A DNA stretch of 64,000 bases from the human T2T-CHM13v2.0 reference genome, Homo sapiens. The translations under genes and the position numbers were made by a program. Of the stretch, positions 25,001 to 38,690 are shown piece after piece (position 1 is the stretch's first letter; each line of letters starts with the position of its first letter). The stretch is taken from NCBI RefSeq assembly GCF_009914755.1, contig NC_060930.1; one strand, given 5' to 3'. The notes under the pieces are model-generated. The model was not told the origin of the DNA, made no database searches, and was given only the letters and a program-made list of their open reading frames with translations.

Positions 25001-28000
25001 CTTTTTAATCTCTGATTTTATTTATTAGAGTCTTCTCTCTTCTTTTCTTAGCCTAGCTAAATGTTTGTCATTTTATCTTTTCAGAAAGCCAACTTTTTTG
25101 TTTCATTGATCTTTTGTATTGCTTTCTTCACTTCAAATTTATTTATTTCTGCTCTGAATTATTATGACTTACTTCCTTCTACTAATTTTGGGTTTGATTT
25201 GCTCTTGCTTTACTAGGTCTTTAAAATACATTCTCAGGTTGTTATTTTAATTATTTTTAAATGTAGTCACTTACAGCTATAAATTTTCTTCTTAGTACCG
25301 CTTTTGCTGTATCCCATTGATTTTGGCATGTCATATTTTCATCATAATTTGCTTCAAGAAAATTTTCAATTTTCTTTTTAATTTCTTCATTGACCTACTT
25401 GTCATTCAGGAACATATTAACTTCCATGTGTTTGCATAGTTTCCAAAATTTCTCTTGTTAGTTATTTCTAATTTTATTCCATTGTGGTCAGAGAAGATAC
25501 TTGATATTATTTCAATGTTTTAAATTTTTAAAGATTTGTTTTGTGTCCTAATGTATGATCTATCCTTGAGAATGATCCATGTGCTTAGGAAAGGAATGTG
25601 TATTCAGCAGTCACTGGATAAAATCTTCTGTAAATATCTATTAGGTCCATTGGCCTGTAATGAAGATTACATTGAATGTTTCCTTTTTGATTTTCTCTCT
25701 GGAATATCTGTCCAATACTGAAAGTGGGATGCTGAAATCTCCAACTTTTTTTTTTTTTTTTTTTTTTTTGAGATGGAGTCTTGCTCTGTTGCCCAGGCTG
25801 GAGTGCAGTGGCATGATCTCGGCTCACTGCAAGCTCCGCCTCCCAGGTTCATGCCATTCTCCTGCCTCAGCCTCCTGAGTAGCTGGGACTACAAGCACCC
25901 CCCAACCATGCCCGGCTAATTTTTTGGATTTTTAGTACAGATGGGGTTTCACCGTGTTAGCCAGGATGGTCTCAATCTCCTGACCTCATGATCCACCCGC
26001 CTTGGCCTCCCAAAGTGCTGGGATTACAGGTGTGAGCCACTGTGCCTGGTCTCCAACTTTTTTTAATATCTCTTTAGTTTAATACTATTTTGTTTATATA
26101 TATATATATGGGTGCTACAGTGTTGAGTTCATATATGTTTAAAATTGTTAGAGCCTCTAGTTGAATTGGCTCCTTTATCATTATATACTGACCTGCTTTG
26201 TCTCTGCTTATAGTTTTTGGTTTCCATTGATATGGAATACCTTTTTCCATCTCTTTATTTTCAGTCTATGTGTGTCTTTATAGGTGAAGTATACTTCTTG
26301 TAGGCAACAGGTCATTGGGTCTTGTTTTTGTATTCATATAGCCACTCTGTCTTTTGATTGAATAGTATTGTTCATTTTAATGCAGTGTTCCTATTGATAA
26401 GTAAGAATTTACTTCTGTCATTTGTTATTTATTTTCTGGTTGTTTTGTGGTCTTCTCTTCCTTCTTTCCTTTGTTCTTGTATTCCTTTGAGTAGAGGTAA
26501 TTGTCTCTGGTGATATGCTTTAATTTATTGCTTTTTAAAAATATCTGTTGTACCTTTTTTGATTTGAAGTTACCAGGAGGTTTGCAAATACTATCTTATA
26601 TTACATTAGTTTAAGCTGATTACAGCTTAACACTGTTTGTGTAAACAAACAAGCAAAAAGAAAACTAATAAAAGTGTACACCTTAACTTTGTGCCCTCAC
26701 TTTTAAAATTTTTGCTGTTTCTATTTATATATGATTGTACTGTCCATGTCTTGAAAAGTTGTGGTTATTATTTTTGATTTGTTTGGTACTAAGTGATTTT
26801 AATTAAGATAAGAGTAGTTTACACACCGTAGTTATGGTGTTATACTATTTGGTGTTTTTATATGTACTTACTATTACCAATTACCAGTGAGTTTTGTACT
26901 TTTTGGTAATATTTTATTGCTCATAATATTCAGTTCTTTCTGATTGAATTACTCCCTTTAACATTTCTTGCAGGACAGGTCTGATGTTGATGAAATCCCT
27001 AAGCTTTTGTTTGTCTGGGAAGGTCTTTATTCCTCCTTTATGTTTGAAGGGTATTTTTGCTGGATATACTATTCTAGGGTAAATGTGTTTTTTGTTCAGC
27101 ACTTTAAATATGTCATACCACTCTCTCCTGGCCTGTAATATTTCCACTGAAAAGTCTGCTGCCGGATGTATTGGAACTCCATTGTACGTTATTCATTTCT
27201 TTTTTCTTGCTGCTTCTAGGTTCCTTTGTTTATCCTTGACCTTTGAGAGTTTCACTATTAAATGCCTTGAGATAGTCTTCTTTGAGTTAAATCTGCTTGG
27301 TGTTCTATAACCTTATTGTACTTGGAAATTGATATCCTTCTCTAGGTTGTGGAAGTTTTCTGTTGTTATCCCTTTGAATAAACTTTCTACTCCTTTCTCC
27401 TCTCTACCTCTGCTTTAAGGCAAATAACTCTTAGATTTTCTCCTTTGAGGCTATTTTCTAGATCCTGTAGGGATGCTTAATTATTTTTTATTCTTTTTTC
27501 TTTTGTCTCCTCTGGCTATGTATTTTCAAATAGCCTTTCTTCAAGCTCACTATTTCCTTTTTCTGCTTGATCAGTTCTGCTATAAAGACTCTAATGCATT
27601 CTCAGTATGTCAGTTGCATTTTTTCAGCTCCAGAATTTCTGCTTGATCCTTTTAAATTATCTCAATCTATTTGTTAAATTCATCTGTAGAATTATGAATT
27701 CCTTCTCTGTGTTATCTTGAATTTCTTTGACTTTTCTCAAAACAGCTATTTTGAATTCTATGTCTGAAAGGTTACACATACCTGTTTCTCCAGGATTGGT
27801 CCATGGTGACTTACTTATTTGGTGAGGTCATGTTTTCCTGGATGGGTCTGATGCTTGTGGATGTTTGTCTGTGTCTGAGCATGAAGAGTTCATTATTTAT
27901 TGTAGTGTTGGCAGTCTGGGCTTGTTTGTGCCCCTCTTTCTTGGGAAGGCTTTCCAGGTATTTGAAAGGACTTAGGTGTTCTGATATGTGTCTTATCTGC

Positions 28001-29875
28001 ATTATAGGGCACTCCAAGCCCAGTAATGCTGTGGTTATTGCAGATTTGTAGAGATACTGCCTTGATGGTCTTGGACAAGAACTGGGAGAATTCTCTGGAT
28101 TACCAGAAAAAGACTCATTCTCTTCCCTTACTTTCACCCAAGCAAATGAAGTCTCTGTGTTCTGAGTCACCTGGAGCTGGGAGTGGGGTGATACTAGCAC
28201 CCCTGTGGCCACCACCACTGGGAGTGTGCTGGGTCAGACCTGAAGCTAACACAACACTGAGTGTTACCCAAGGCCCACTGTAACCACCACCTGGCTACTG
28301 CCTATGTTCTCTCAAGGTCCTGGTGCTCTACAATCAGCAGACAGCAAAGCCAGCCAGGCTTGTGTCCTTCCCTTCAGAATGATGAGTTCCCTCAGGCTCT
28401 GGGCAGATTCAGAAGTACCATCCAGGAGCCAGAGACTTTAGTCAAATACCTTAGAAATTTACCTGGTGTTCTCTTACACTTCAGCTGAACTGTCACTCTA
28501 ACTATGAGATGCAGTACTTCCCACTCTTTCCTCCCCTTTCCACAGGCAGAGGAGCCTCTCCCCATGGCCCCCACTAGCAGAGTCTCATGTGGAATACTGT
28601 TAGGCTACCACTGATGTTCCTTTAAAGCACAAAGGCTCTTCAGTCATTTTGTGGCAAATGATGCCTGAAGTGGAGCTCAACCTTCAGGGCAGTGTGCTCC
28701 CCTCTGGACCAGAACAGGTCCAGAAATGCTGTTCAAGAGCCAAGGCCTGGAATCAGGGACCCCAAGAGCTCACTTGGTGCTCTACCCTCCTGTAGCTGAG
28801 CTAGTACCTAAGATGCAAGACAAATTCCCCTTTTCTTTTCTCTCTGCTTTTCTCAAGCAGAAGGAATCTCTCTATATAGCTACCATAGCTGGGAATGTGC
28901 TGAGGCTCACCTAACGTCAGCAAGTCTCAGAGTTTCACTGAAGAGCCACAGTATACTACCTGGGTATTATACGTAAGTGCTCTTTAGTCAGCAGGTGATG
29001 GGTCCTGCCAGGACTGGGTTCTTCCTTTTAGGAAATTGGGTTCCCTTCAATGCAAGGTGTGTCTGGAAATATCATCTGGGAACTAGGGCTTGGAAAGGCA
29101 GTCTCATTACTCTGACTGTTGCTCTATCCTGTTGTGGTGGAGCTGGTATCCAAGATGCAAGAAAAAATCCTCCTCGTGCTTCCCTCTCCTCTCAAGTGAA
29201 AGGAAGGGGTCTCTTTTGAATCCATGAGCTGTGCAGTCTGTGGTTGGGGGAGGGGTGGTGCAAGCAGTCCCTTAGACACCCAGCTAGTAACTCAGCAGGC
29301 TGAATGCCCCCGAAGTCTACTGACTCTTAGCCCAGTTTAGCAGTAGGACTCACCTAGGAGTTGCAGTCCTTGTGGCCTAGACTGCCTTTCAAGTTTATTT
29401 AAGGCCCCAGAGCACGTTGGCCCATGGTGGTGAGGCTTGCCAAAACTCAAGTTCTGACCACTGGGATGGGCAATTCTCTTCTGGTTAGGGCTGGTTTAAA
29501 TACTTCCTCTGTGGGCAGACATCAGCTGAGTTCATCCTGGTTCTGCTTTCTGCTGCGATAGGCCAGAACTAAGTTCTCACAATCCTTGTGCTGTTCCTCT
29601 CTCAAGCACACAGATTCTCTCTGTACAACATGGTCACTGCCAGAGGATGATGGAGAGGTGATGTCCATGATTCAAGACTGTGTTTCCTACCCTCTTCCAT
29701 TGTATCTTTCAGCAATATGAAGTTAAAACCAGGTACTGTGAGTGCTCACCTGATTTTTTATTCTTTTGAACTGCTTTGTGTGTGTGTGTGTGTCTGCAGA
29801 GAGTTGTTAAGTTGATGTTTATGTAGGGAAGATGATTGGTGGAGACTTCTATTTGGCCATCTTGCTCTGCCTCTC
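22002..29875 (-). mobile_element. Full-length L1MA1-3-like LINE-1 with long 5'UTR, decayed
   Basis: 3' end ttgtgggtaaatagtaggtatatatatttatggg; ORF2 remnants 22377..24416; ORF1 remnants (LQARREWYDIFKVL 26914..27147; RPIQENMTSPN); 5' terminus reverse complement gcagagcaagatggccaaatagaag. Confidence 0.92.
25746..26049 (-). mobile_element. AluY nested in L1MA
   Basis: AluY diagnostics (gcaagctccgcc, catgccattc, ccgtgttagccaggatgg); TSD TCTCCAACTTTTTT at 25738 and 26050. Confidence 0.95.
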
Positions 29876-30109
29876 TCTGTCAAGGCTAATACATTTGGCA
29901 CACCCCCTTTATTGTGATAATGTGTGTTCTAACAAATAAATATTTAGCAAACTTCCTGAAGAAAGTCCAGCTAATAGGATTATCCTCAGCAGATACTCAG
30001 TTAACACGTGATGCAATTCTTGTTCATTTTTTCCCTAGATTACTGCTAAAGACAATCATATAAATGTAGTTAAAAAAAAAAAAACCTTCTCTTGAAAATA
30101 ATCATGTAC

Positions 30110-30230
30110 TTATTTGTTCTGAACCCTGGCTGCCCATTGGAATTACATGGACAACTTTCAAATCTAGCCTCAGTGTGGTTTTATTGGACTGGGAGTGATT
30201 TTAAATTGTGTCTGGTGTTGCGAATCAGTA
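30110..30230. mobile_element. MER5-like hAT-Charlie MITE remnant
   Basis: gttctgaaccctggctgcccattggaattacatgg resembles a MER5 terminus. Confidence 0.5.
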
Positions 30231-30561
30231 ATGTGATATATCACAAAGCCAAACCTGTATAAGTCTGGATTATCTCCAGCTTCTGTACCTGGGTGAAAAC
30301 AGCTGAGGGCTTTATCGTAAGAGCTTCTCTTAGGCTGTCACTTTGGAGAGTTTTCTTGAAGTTGGTACAGATGTCATTATTAGTACATGGAAATGATGTT
30401 TTGATTTTCATAATTTTGTTTATTTTGTTATATATTTGTTTATTTTGGTATGTGTTAGAAAAACTACCACCAGCTTTTCAAGAATGTTATTTAATGGATA
30501 GTATTGCCTAGGAATTGATTTAAAAGTGAGTTGGTTTAAAGAAAGTATTAAGTGACAAATA

Positions 30562-30656
30562 CTAGGTTGGTACAAAAGTAATTGAGGTTTTTGCCATTAC
30601 TTTTAATTAAATTACTGTTAATGGCAAAAAACACAATTACTTTTGCACCAACCTAA
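30562..30656. mobile_element. MADE1 (Hsmar1-derived mariner MITE)
   Basis: Inverted arms taggttggtacaaaagtaattgaggtttttgccatta / taatggcaaaaaacacaattacttttgcaccaaccta; TA on both sides. Confidence 0.95.
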
Positions 30657-30669
30657 TAATATAAATGGT

Positions 30670-31091
30670 TGTACTGGATAATTTCCTTCCCCCAAATTTA
30701 TGTCCTCCCCAAAATTTCAGGATGTGACCCTATTTAGAAACAATGCATATGTAACTGGCTAAGATGAGATCTTACTGGAGGAGGGTGAGCCTTTAATCCA
30801 ACAAAGACTTAAAATTCAGTATGTTCTTATGAGAAGAGGAGAAGAAAGACAGAGACACAAGAGGAATGCCACGTGATTGATAAAAACCAGAGACTGGAGT
30901 GACACCTCTAAAAATGTAGGAAAGCCATTTCCAGCAGCCAATGGAAGCTAAGAAGAGGCAAGGAAGTATCCTCCCTGCTAACACTTTTATTTTAGATTTC
31001 TAGCCTCTGGAGGTAAGAAAGAATAAAGGTTTGTTGTTTCAAGCCATCCAGTTATGGTACTTTGTTAAGGCAATTTGAGGAAAATAATATA
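30670..31091 (+). mobile_element. MLT1B/C MaLR solo LTR
   Basis: ccccaaatttatgtcc...gatgtgaccctattt...gaagctaagaagaggcaagg...gaataaaggtttgttgtttcaagcca. Confidence 0.85.
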
Positions 31092-31154
31092 CGGACAAGG
31101 CCACATGATAAATTGGGAATGTGAATGATTAGAATTGAGGAAACACTGCCTTAG

Positions 31155-31622
31155 GGTAAAGCTTAAAGTTTTCAGTGTGGTTTAAAAGTATCTCCATCAA
31201 GGGACTGATGATGACTTTTCCAGTTAACCCTCTTGCCATTGTTCCCTTTGCACTTTATGCTCAGCCTTACTGAGCTTCTCTCAGGTTCTGTGTTCCTCTA
31301 CTTTGAGGAGCTGACAGATGGTGTTTTCTCTCCTTTCATTACTGACCAGCTGTTGTCATCTTTCTGCATCCTCCTTACCCTGAAGATCTCAACTAAACAT
31401 GATTTTCTCTTCAGAGGTCTTCCCCAAAGCCTATACTAGGTGAATTCTTCTATTTTCTATAGTTCTCTTGTCATTATATTCATTGCCTTTTATTGTTAAT
31501 GATTAGTGAATTGTCTATTTTCTTTGCTAGACATATTTCATGACGTTTTTGGTCATCAGTACTTCTCCAATACAGAACACAGTATCTAATGTTTAGGAGA
31601 CAATAAATATGCCAAATGAATA
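31155..31622 (+). mobile_element. L2 3' fragment
   Basis: Ends agaacacagtatctaatgtttaggagacaataaatatgccaaatgaat, an L2-type terminus. Confidence 0.65.
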
Positions 31623-31767
31623 TTTCATGTTCCATGTAAAACTTAGGAAGGGTTATACTTACCATTGCCCTTATCATGTATTATTTATCTATATATATAG
31701 TATATATGGCCAAATCAGATGTTGAAATAATATTGTCATACTCTTTACTACTTATTTCTTGAGGGAG

Positions 31768-31935
31768 CCCTGGAGTGATAAAAAGAGGACTGGACTAAGA
31801 ATCAGACAATAGGATTTCTTTTTTTTTGTTCTGCTACTAATTGGTTCTGTGTTATTAAGCAAACTAATATGCATCTATTGTTTTTAGTTTGTAAACTGAA
31901 AAAAATACACTGGTGATTATTTAAATCCCGTTCAC
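31768..31935 (+). mobile_element. Degenerate MIR (MIR3/MIRc-like)
   Basis: actggactaagaatcagac...ctgctactaattggttctgtg...tttgtaaactg. Confidence 0.55.
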
Positions 31936-31938
31936 ATC

Positions 31939-32584
31939 TGTGGCCATGTTTCAAAGTGGGTCCTTATGTTCACCTTGGCTTAGAATTCTAACAATAGTTT
32001 AGCCAAAATAGCAGCTTTGTGAATACCAAAAATTGGAGCTTAATAGACATTCCACCTCCTGAACTGCAGAGGCTGGAAAGCCAGAAGTTGCATTATGCAA
32101 AGTCCCTTGCAGCTATCTTAAGGAATGTAATTTGGGTTTGGCTGGTTACATGAGATTTGAAAGGCAGAAGAGGGGTTGAAGCTCAGAGGTGAAACTGAAT
32201 CACTGATGCTTCTAGTATTTCTACTGATAAACCCAGTTGTGAAGGTTTTTGTTTTTCTGAGGTTGTGTTAGCAGAAGTTCCAGTGGCCAGTCACCAGCTT
32301 TCTTCAAAATTGAGGGCATGGGCATCCATTGTGCTTCCATGAATCATGGTGAGCACAGCTCATTCAGGAGCTGACAATAGTGGCAGTGGCTCTTTTGGCA
32401 ACAATGGTTTTGTGATCATGGCAGCTGGATGTGGTTCTGGAGCTGGAGCTTCATGACTCTAGAAGAGTCAGAAGCTCTTTGGTGGATACTACTCTGTGAT
32501 ATGGCTTTGGGGGTGAATGTTCAATCTTGAGTTTGTTTCTTCAGCCTTCTCAGAAATTTGTAAGGCATGAATTCTGACTGATAT
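31939..32584 (+). mobile_element. LTR33-like ERVL solo LTR
   Basis: ctgcagaggctggaaagccagaag...aagtcccttgcagcta; ends gaattctgactgatata. Confidence 0.7.
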
Positions 32585-33260
32585 AAACATTAATATTTAT
32601 GAAACTTAATCAAAAACAAAGTAATTTCAATAAGGCCTTATAATTTAATATGATTATTTTCCTATCTACCCCAAGCCCACCATAAAGTTCAAGGTAGAGC
32701 CTTTGCCTATAAATGGTTTGTGTTAGAGTCATGAGATAATTTCCAATATTTAGGTCCCTCAGAGTGTTGTGCCTTACCACTATGGCACTGATACTCTCAA
32801 TGAGATGTCATTCCTTTTGTTCTGTTTATAATATGTTATAGCTTGCTTGACACATTCAAATATTAACAAATCAAGGTCTGTTACTTGTGCTGAGAGAGAC
32901 CTTGGGAAATTCTATCAATGTGAATTATAAAATAAGCAAAAGGTCATTTTTAATCCTCTTCATGAGCTACCAAAGAAATCAAAGCTATAAACTCCACTTT
33001 AAATTACTCAGCTCTATAGCACACATCATTGCTATGTAGTTACCGGCCTGAAAAAATATTTAGTAGCTCAGCTTGAGAATTTGATGCACAGATAAAAAGT
33101 CCAAATTCTGCATTTGGATCAATGCTGTGTGATTTCTCATGTAAATGAGGAAACTTGTTAAGAGGTTCAGTGGGTCAGGAAAAAAGCTCTTTGAAAATGC
33201 AGAGAACATCTTATTCTTCTCACTGACAGTATGTTTCTGGTCAGAAATTAGGTTTTATCA

Positions 33261-33560
<300 letters not shown>

Positions 33561-33902
33561 TTAGGTTTTATCATCATAGACTCAACGGTTATTATAAAAT
33601 AAAAAGATAGATTTTATAGTTAACTGTTCCTGACCTAGCCAATGTCTTCCGTGGCTATGTTTTTGCTTTTGTTTGTTTTCTCAGAACAAGTTTCTGGCTC
33701 TGAGATTAAAACAAACAAACAAACAAACAAAAAAAACCCAAAACTAACAAACAATTCTTTATTCAATATAAATATGAGATTGGATCACTGGAATTTGGAA
33801 ATACTATGTTTTGTAGCCCTGGGTATTTCCTGATAAAGACAGGTGCTTTAAATTATATTTAAAGTATTTGGCTTCTCTTTTATATTGATTCATATATAAT
33901 GG

Positions 33903-34354
33903 TGATATAGTTTAGATATTTGTCCCCTCCAAATCTTATCTTAAAATTTGATCCCAGTGTTGGGGTGGGGCCTAATAGGAGGTGTTTATGTCATAGGGGC
34001 TTTTATGTCATTATGTTTATGTCATTATGTCACCACATAAATGGCTTGGTGCTGGCCTTATGATGATGAATGAGTTCTCATTCTATTAGTTCCCCTGACA
34101 TGTCATTATTAAATAGAGCCTGGTACCTTCCTCTCCTCTCTCTTTTGCTCTGTCTCTAAACATGTGACACACCTGCTTCCTCATTGCCTTCTGCCATAAT
34201 TGGAAACTTCCTGAGGTCCTTACCAGAAGCAGATGCCAGTGCCATGCTTCTTGTACAGCCTGCGGAACTGTGAGCCAAATAAACAAACCTCTTTTCTTTA
34301 TAAATGACCTAACCTCAGGTATTCCTTTATAGCAACACAAAATGGACTAAGACA
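33903..34354 (+). mobile_element. MSTB-like MaLR solo LTR
   Basis: tgatatagtttagatatttgtcccctccaaatc ... aatggactaagaca. Confidence 0.9.
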
Positions 34355-34521
34355 TATAGTATTTGTCTCCAGGACAAAAAAAAAAAATTCAGAATTAAGA
34401 AGAAGATTTTATGTGTCTAGGTGAAGGACAAACTATAATATGTTTCTTTGTTTTGACAACTAATTGGTTTAACCAGGGTCTAGCTATTGTACCATGTACT
34501 ATGATATTAACTTTTGGCTAG

Positions 34522-34947
34522 TAATATGGTTTGGATCTGTGTTCCTGCCCAAATCTCATGTTAAATCGTAATCCCCAATGTTGCAGATGGGGCCTGGTGT
34601 GATGGGATTGGATCATGGGGATGGTTTCTCATGAATGGTATAGTGCCATCCCCTTGGTGGTATCCTCATGATAGTGAGTTCTTGTGAGACCTGGTTGTTT
34701 AAAAGTGTATAGCACCCCCTCCCTCTCTCTCTCTTCTCTTACTCCAGCCATGTGATGTGTGTGCTTCCCTTCACCTTCCACCATGATTGTAAGATTCCTG
34801 AGGCCTCCCCAGAAGCCAAGTAGATGTCAGTATTGTGCTTCCTATAAAACCTGCAGAATCAGAATCATGAGGCAATTAAACCTCTTTTCTTTATGAATTA
34901 CCTAGTCTCAGTATTTCTTTTTAGCAATGTGAGAATGGACCAATACA
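34522..34947 (+). mobile_element. MSTA MaLR solo LTR
   Basis: taatatggtttggatctgtg ... gagaatggaccaataca; 5-bp TSD gctag/gcaag with one mismatch. Confidence 0.9.
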
Positions 34948-35107
34948 GCAAGTGACCCAGATACTGTTTTTGTTCATTTGTTTTGTTTTGTTTGTTTTTT
35001 GCTTTGCTGATGATGAAGGTAAGGAAGGAGATGTTAACAGATGTTGTTAAGGCCCCATAACTGACAAGTAGGTCTTCTGACTGATCTAAAGCTCTTTCTG
35101 CTACATC

Positions 35108-35347
35108 TTGTCATTTTCAAACCACATTCCACTGAAGTGCCTTGGGCTGTCACAACAGGCAGTGTGTTGTGTGGTAATGGGGAAATGAAAAGGGAGAGTG
35201 TCTGAAAGGAAGGTTGAGCTTGATGAATCCTCCACCACCTTAGATCAGAGTGACATTGCTTTCATTCATCTTAGGCACTAGGATTCCATAAAGATTTTAT
35301 TTAAAAATATGATTTCAGATAAAAAAAAGTTTAGATTAGACAGCACT
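35108..35347 (+). mobile_element. MER103C-like hAT-Charlie element
   Basis: ttttcaaaccacattccac...aagtgccttggg...gattccataaagattttattt...aaaaaaaagtttaga. Confidence 0.65.
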
Positions 35348-35504
35348 TTTAAAATATTTCTGTTTTATCCCTTCTTATGTTCTCTCTCTTCTCTTGCCTT
35401 AAAGTTATTTTTTTTTCTCTTTATGGAAAAATAGGCAAAGGTTGCTTTGTTGTATGTGAGTGGCCACAGGCATGTGGTGTGGATTCAGTTCAGTTTGATA
35501 AATA

Positions 35505-35630
35505 TTGGTTCAATATTCTTTTATTCAGCACATATTTATGGAGTTCCTCTCATGTGCCAGGCTTTGTGCTTTGTGCTAGGGACACAAACATAAATGACAT
35601 GCGGTGCCTGTCCTTACCCTTTATGTGTGA
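35505..35630 (-). mobile_element. L2 3' end
   Basis: attcagcacatatttatggagttcctctcatgtgccaggctttgtgct...gctagggacaca. Confidence 0.75.
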
Positions 35631-36575
35631 GTTTGGGGTAAGAGTAAAGGGAGGGAACTTTGAGAATAATGGATTAGATATTTAGATTGAGCACTTTTGT
35701 TGTCTACACTAATCCTGTGGTGGTGCAAATGAGGAAAAGTTTGGCTTTATTGCCTGTCCATTCCTATGGCAGCAGCCTTACTTCTTGGATAGGTTAGGCT
35801 GAAGGACAATCCTCTTCATTTAGGACATAGCTAAAGATAAAACCAGAAAGCGAGGAAGAAGGCAGTGCCTTCCTGAGCTCACCTGAGTGTTGCCAAGAGA
35901 ACAGGGTTGAATCTATAAGTTGGATGAAAGATTCCAGTTTTAAATGTTTTCTAGCCTGATGTTTCCTCAGCAAGCTGGATTGGAGTCAAACATTTTCTGG
36001 GGGCGGTGCAGGAAAATTTGTATGTGAGCACTTAGAAACTATCAACATCCAATCTGGGTTCAATTTGAATGATAAGTGGCCCATTATATTCGGACAGTCT
36101 GGGGAGATGCTGCATAGCCACTGGAAAAAACACATGGAATTCATGATACATCAGAATGCTCAATGCATATATTTTCTTCAGGGTGCTATTATTTTAGTAT
36201 TATTAGATAGTTTCCTTCATTTTAGAGAGAAGATAACCTGTAACAAGTGCCTGCTTTATGTTCTAAAGATGATTAAATTTATCCTACAATGTCACTCTTA
36301 ACAGACGTGAATTCTCATCCTTCAAAATATAGGAGTAGTGTTAGCTGGGCTTCTAGTGACATAGAAGAGCGCTTTCTTGAAATTACTAATTTTTGACAGT
36401 TCTTCAGTTTTTGGTGAGAATCATATTAGTAATGAGCAAGGAACTTCTCATCAGCATATTGGAACTACTTAAAAATCAAGTCTTTGAGTCAAGGTTTTGT
36501 CTTGGGTATGCTATTTAGGCTTCCTAATGTCTAAGTCATAACTTGTACCTACTTGCAGTTGCATCCTATCATGCA

Positions 36576-36976
36576 TATATTAATTTATTAAGGCTTCCAT
36601 AACAAAGTGTCACAGACTGGGTTGTTTGAACAACAGAAATTTATCTTTTCACAATTCTGGAGGTTAGAAGTCCAAGATCAATGTGTTAGCAGGGTTGGTT
36701 TCCTATGAGGGCTGTGGGGGAAGGATTCATTGCAGGCTTTTCTCCTTGGCTTGTTAATGCCATCTTCTCCTTATGTCTTTTCTTGCTCTTTCCTCCATGT
36801 GTGTCTGTGTCCTAATCTCTTCTTCTAACAATACTAGTCATATTGGACTAGGGCTCACCCCAATGACCTCATTTTACCTCAATTATCTCTTTAAAATTCT
36901 ATTTCTAAATGCAATCACAATCTGAGTTACTGTACCTCAATATGAATTTTGAGAGGACACAATTCAGACCATAACA
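36576..36976 (-). mobile_element. MLT1B/C MaLR solo LTR
   Basis: ccataacaaagtgtcacagactggg...caacagaaatttat...gaagtccaagatc...attcagaccataaca. Confidence 0.9.
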
Positions 36977-37617
36977 GCGTGATTCAGGATAAGGCATCTG
37001 GATTAAAATATTTCATGTAGTTATGAATTGGTGTACTTCTTTGAACTTTGGCTTCATTAATAGCATAGGGAAAACAAGAAATAAGATTTTATTTTGGTGT
37101 ATTTTGAGACTAAACACAGGTAACAGATTTATACACATGTAAATGTATCAAGAGTCATAAAATATTATAAATAGAAAAAGGGAGGTAAACTCTTGGTAAC
37201 AGAACCTTGATAAAGTATCTTGCAGAACAAGATACTTAAGAGTATTTTACTATGTAGTATGAATAAAGAAGTAATAAACACAGTGTCCATTTTAAGCCTC
37301 AGCAATGAGGCTACAGTGATATTATAAGACATTTAAAATTGCCTCATGCCAGTTGATTTTCAGGAATTAAATATTATTATGGTAAAATCAGTTTGTAAGA
37401 CATATAGGATTTGTTGAAGCCCAGGAGCCGCTTTACATTAAGTGGTTTGAAATTCTAAACCAGATAATACCTATACTACTACAACACATGCCCTGGGCAG
37501 AGCTAATTTCATCCACCAAAATGCCAGCCTGTTCTCTAAACTAGTTTCAATGTTGCACACTACCTGAAATTCTAGTAAAATAAATAATTTTCCTGTAAAG
37601 TATAAATTTATTTATTT

Positions 37618-37865
37618 TACCAATAGTCATATGGCACTTGTTATATGCCACGTGCTATTGTAACCACTTGACATCTGTTAACTGATTTAATCTCTATAAT
37701 TAAACTCTGTGGATGACACTACTATATAATTATTAACTCTATTTTATAAATGAAAAGTGAAAGGCACTGACAGGTTAAGTTACTTTCCCATAGCCACACA
37801 GCTAGTAAGTATTAGGACTAAGATTCTGGCTCAATGGTCTGGGCTTTTGATGACTATGCTGTGCT
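37618..37865 (-). mobile_element. MIR SINE
   Basis: attttataaatgaaaagtgaaaggcactgacaggttaagttactttcccatagccacacagctagtaag. Confidence 0.85.
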
Positions 37866-38149
37866 ACTAGAAAAGGAGCAGAAATGATGGGAGATTGTGG
37901 TATCACATAGAGAAGAAGAGTGTGGTCTTAAGGAAAGTCCACTCAAGTAAGTGGAGCAAAAGAGGATAAACCAAGATATTAGAACTATGCCCTTCTGCCC
38001 TGGGTCAGAAGCTGTTTGCTCTCTCTGTTCCCATACCATAACCCTCTGCAGCTACTGGCCCGTTTCTCTGTTCTCCTTTGCAGTAAACCAACTGGACAGA
38101 TCTGTTTGTATTCACAGTTCCCATGTCCTCTCCTGCTATTCTCTTCAAC

Positions 38150-38690
38150 TCACTTTAATCTGATTTCCATTCCTTCTGCCGATGAAAGGGATCTTTCCCT
38201 TGTCACCCCTATCTTGTGACATTCAGTGTCCATTTGTTTCTTATCTTAACAAATGTTCAGAAGCATTCCATACAGTAAGCACTTCTTTTTTTTTTCTTGA
38301 AACACTTTGTTCTCTTTGTATCTGTATCATGATACTCTCCAGAGTTTAGTACAGTGCCCAGCACATAATAGGCAGTCAATAAATCACTGTTGAATAGATA
38401 ATAGAGCTGTTCTTTATTTACCTTTTTAAATTCATTTCATACTATTCTCAATTAATGAACCTGTAGCCATACTTGCCTTTCTTCCCCCCCCAACTCCCCC
38501 CAGAACATATGAAATACTTCTGCCTCAGGGCCTTTGCACTTGCTGTTATTTCTAAAAGGAACTCACTTCCCAATATATTTGCATGACTGGCTTTTTCTTA
38601 CCATTCAGTTCTCATCTCAAGTGCTGCCTTCTCAGATTGCCTACCCTGACCTCCCTCCATTGCTTTCACTCTCTATTATATTATCTCTGT
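38150..38690 (+). mobile_element. L2 fragments (L2a-like)
   Basis: tagtacagtgcccagcacataataggcagtcaataaat; ctgcctcagggcctttgcacttgctgtt. Confidence 0.7.
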
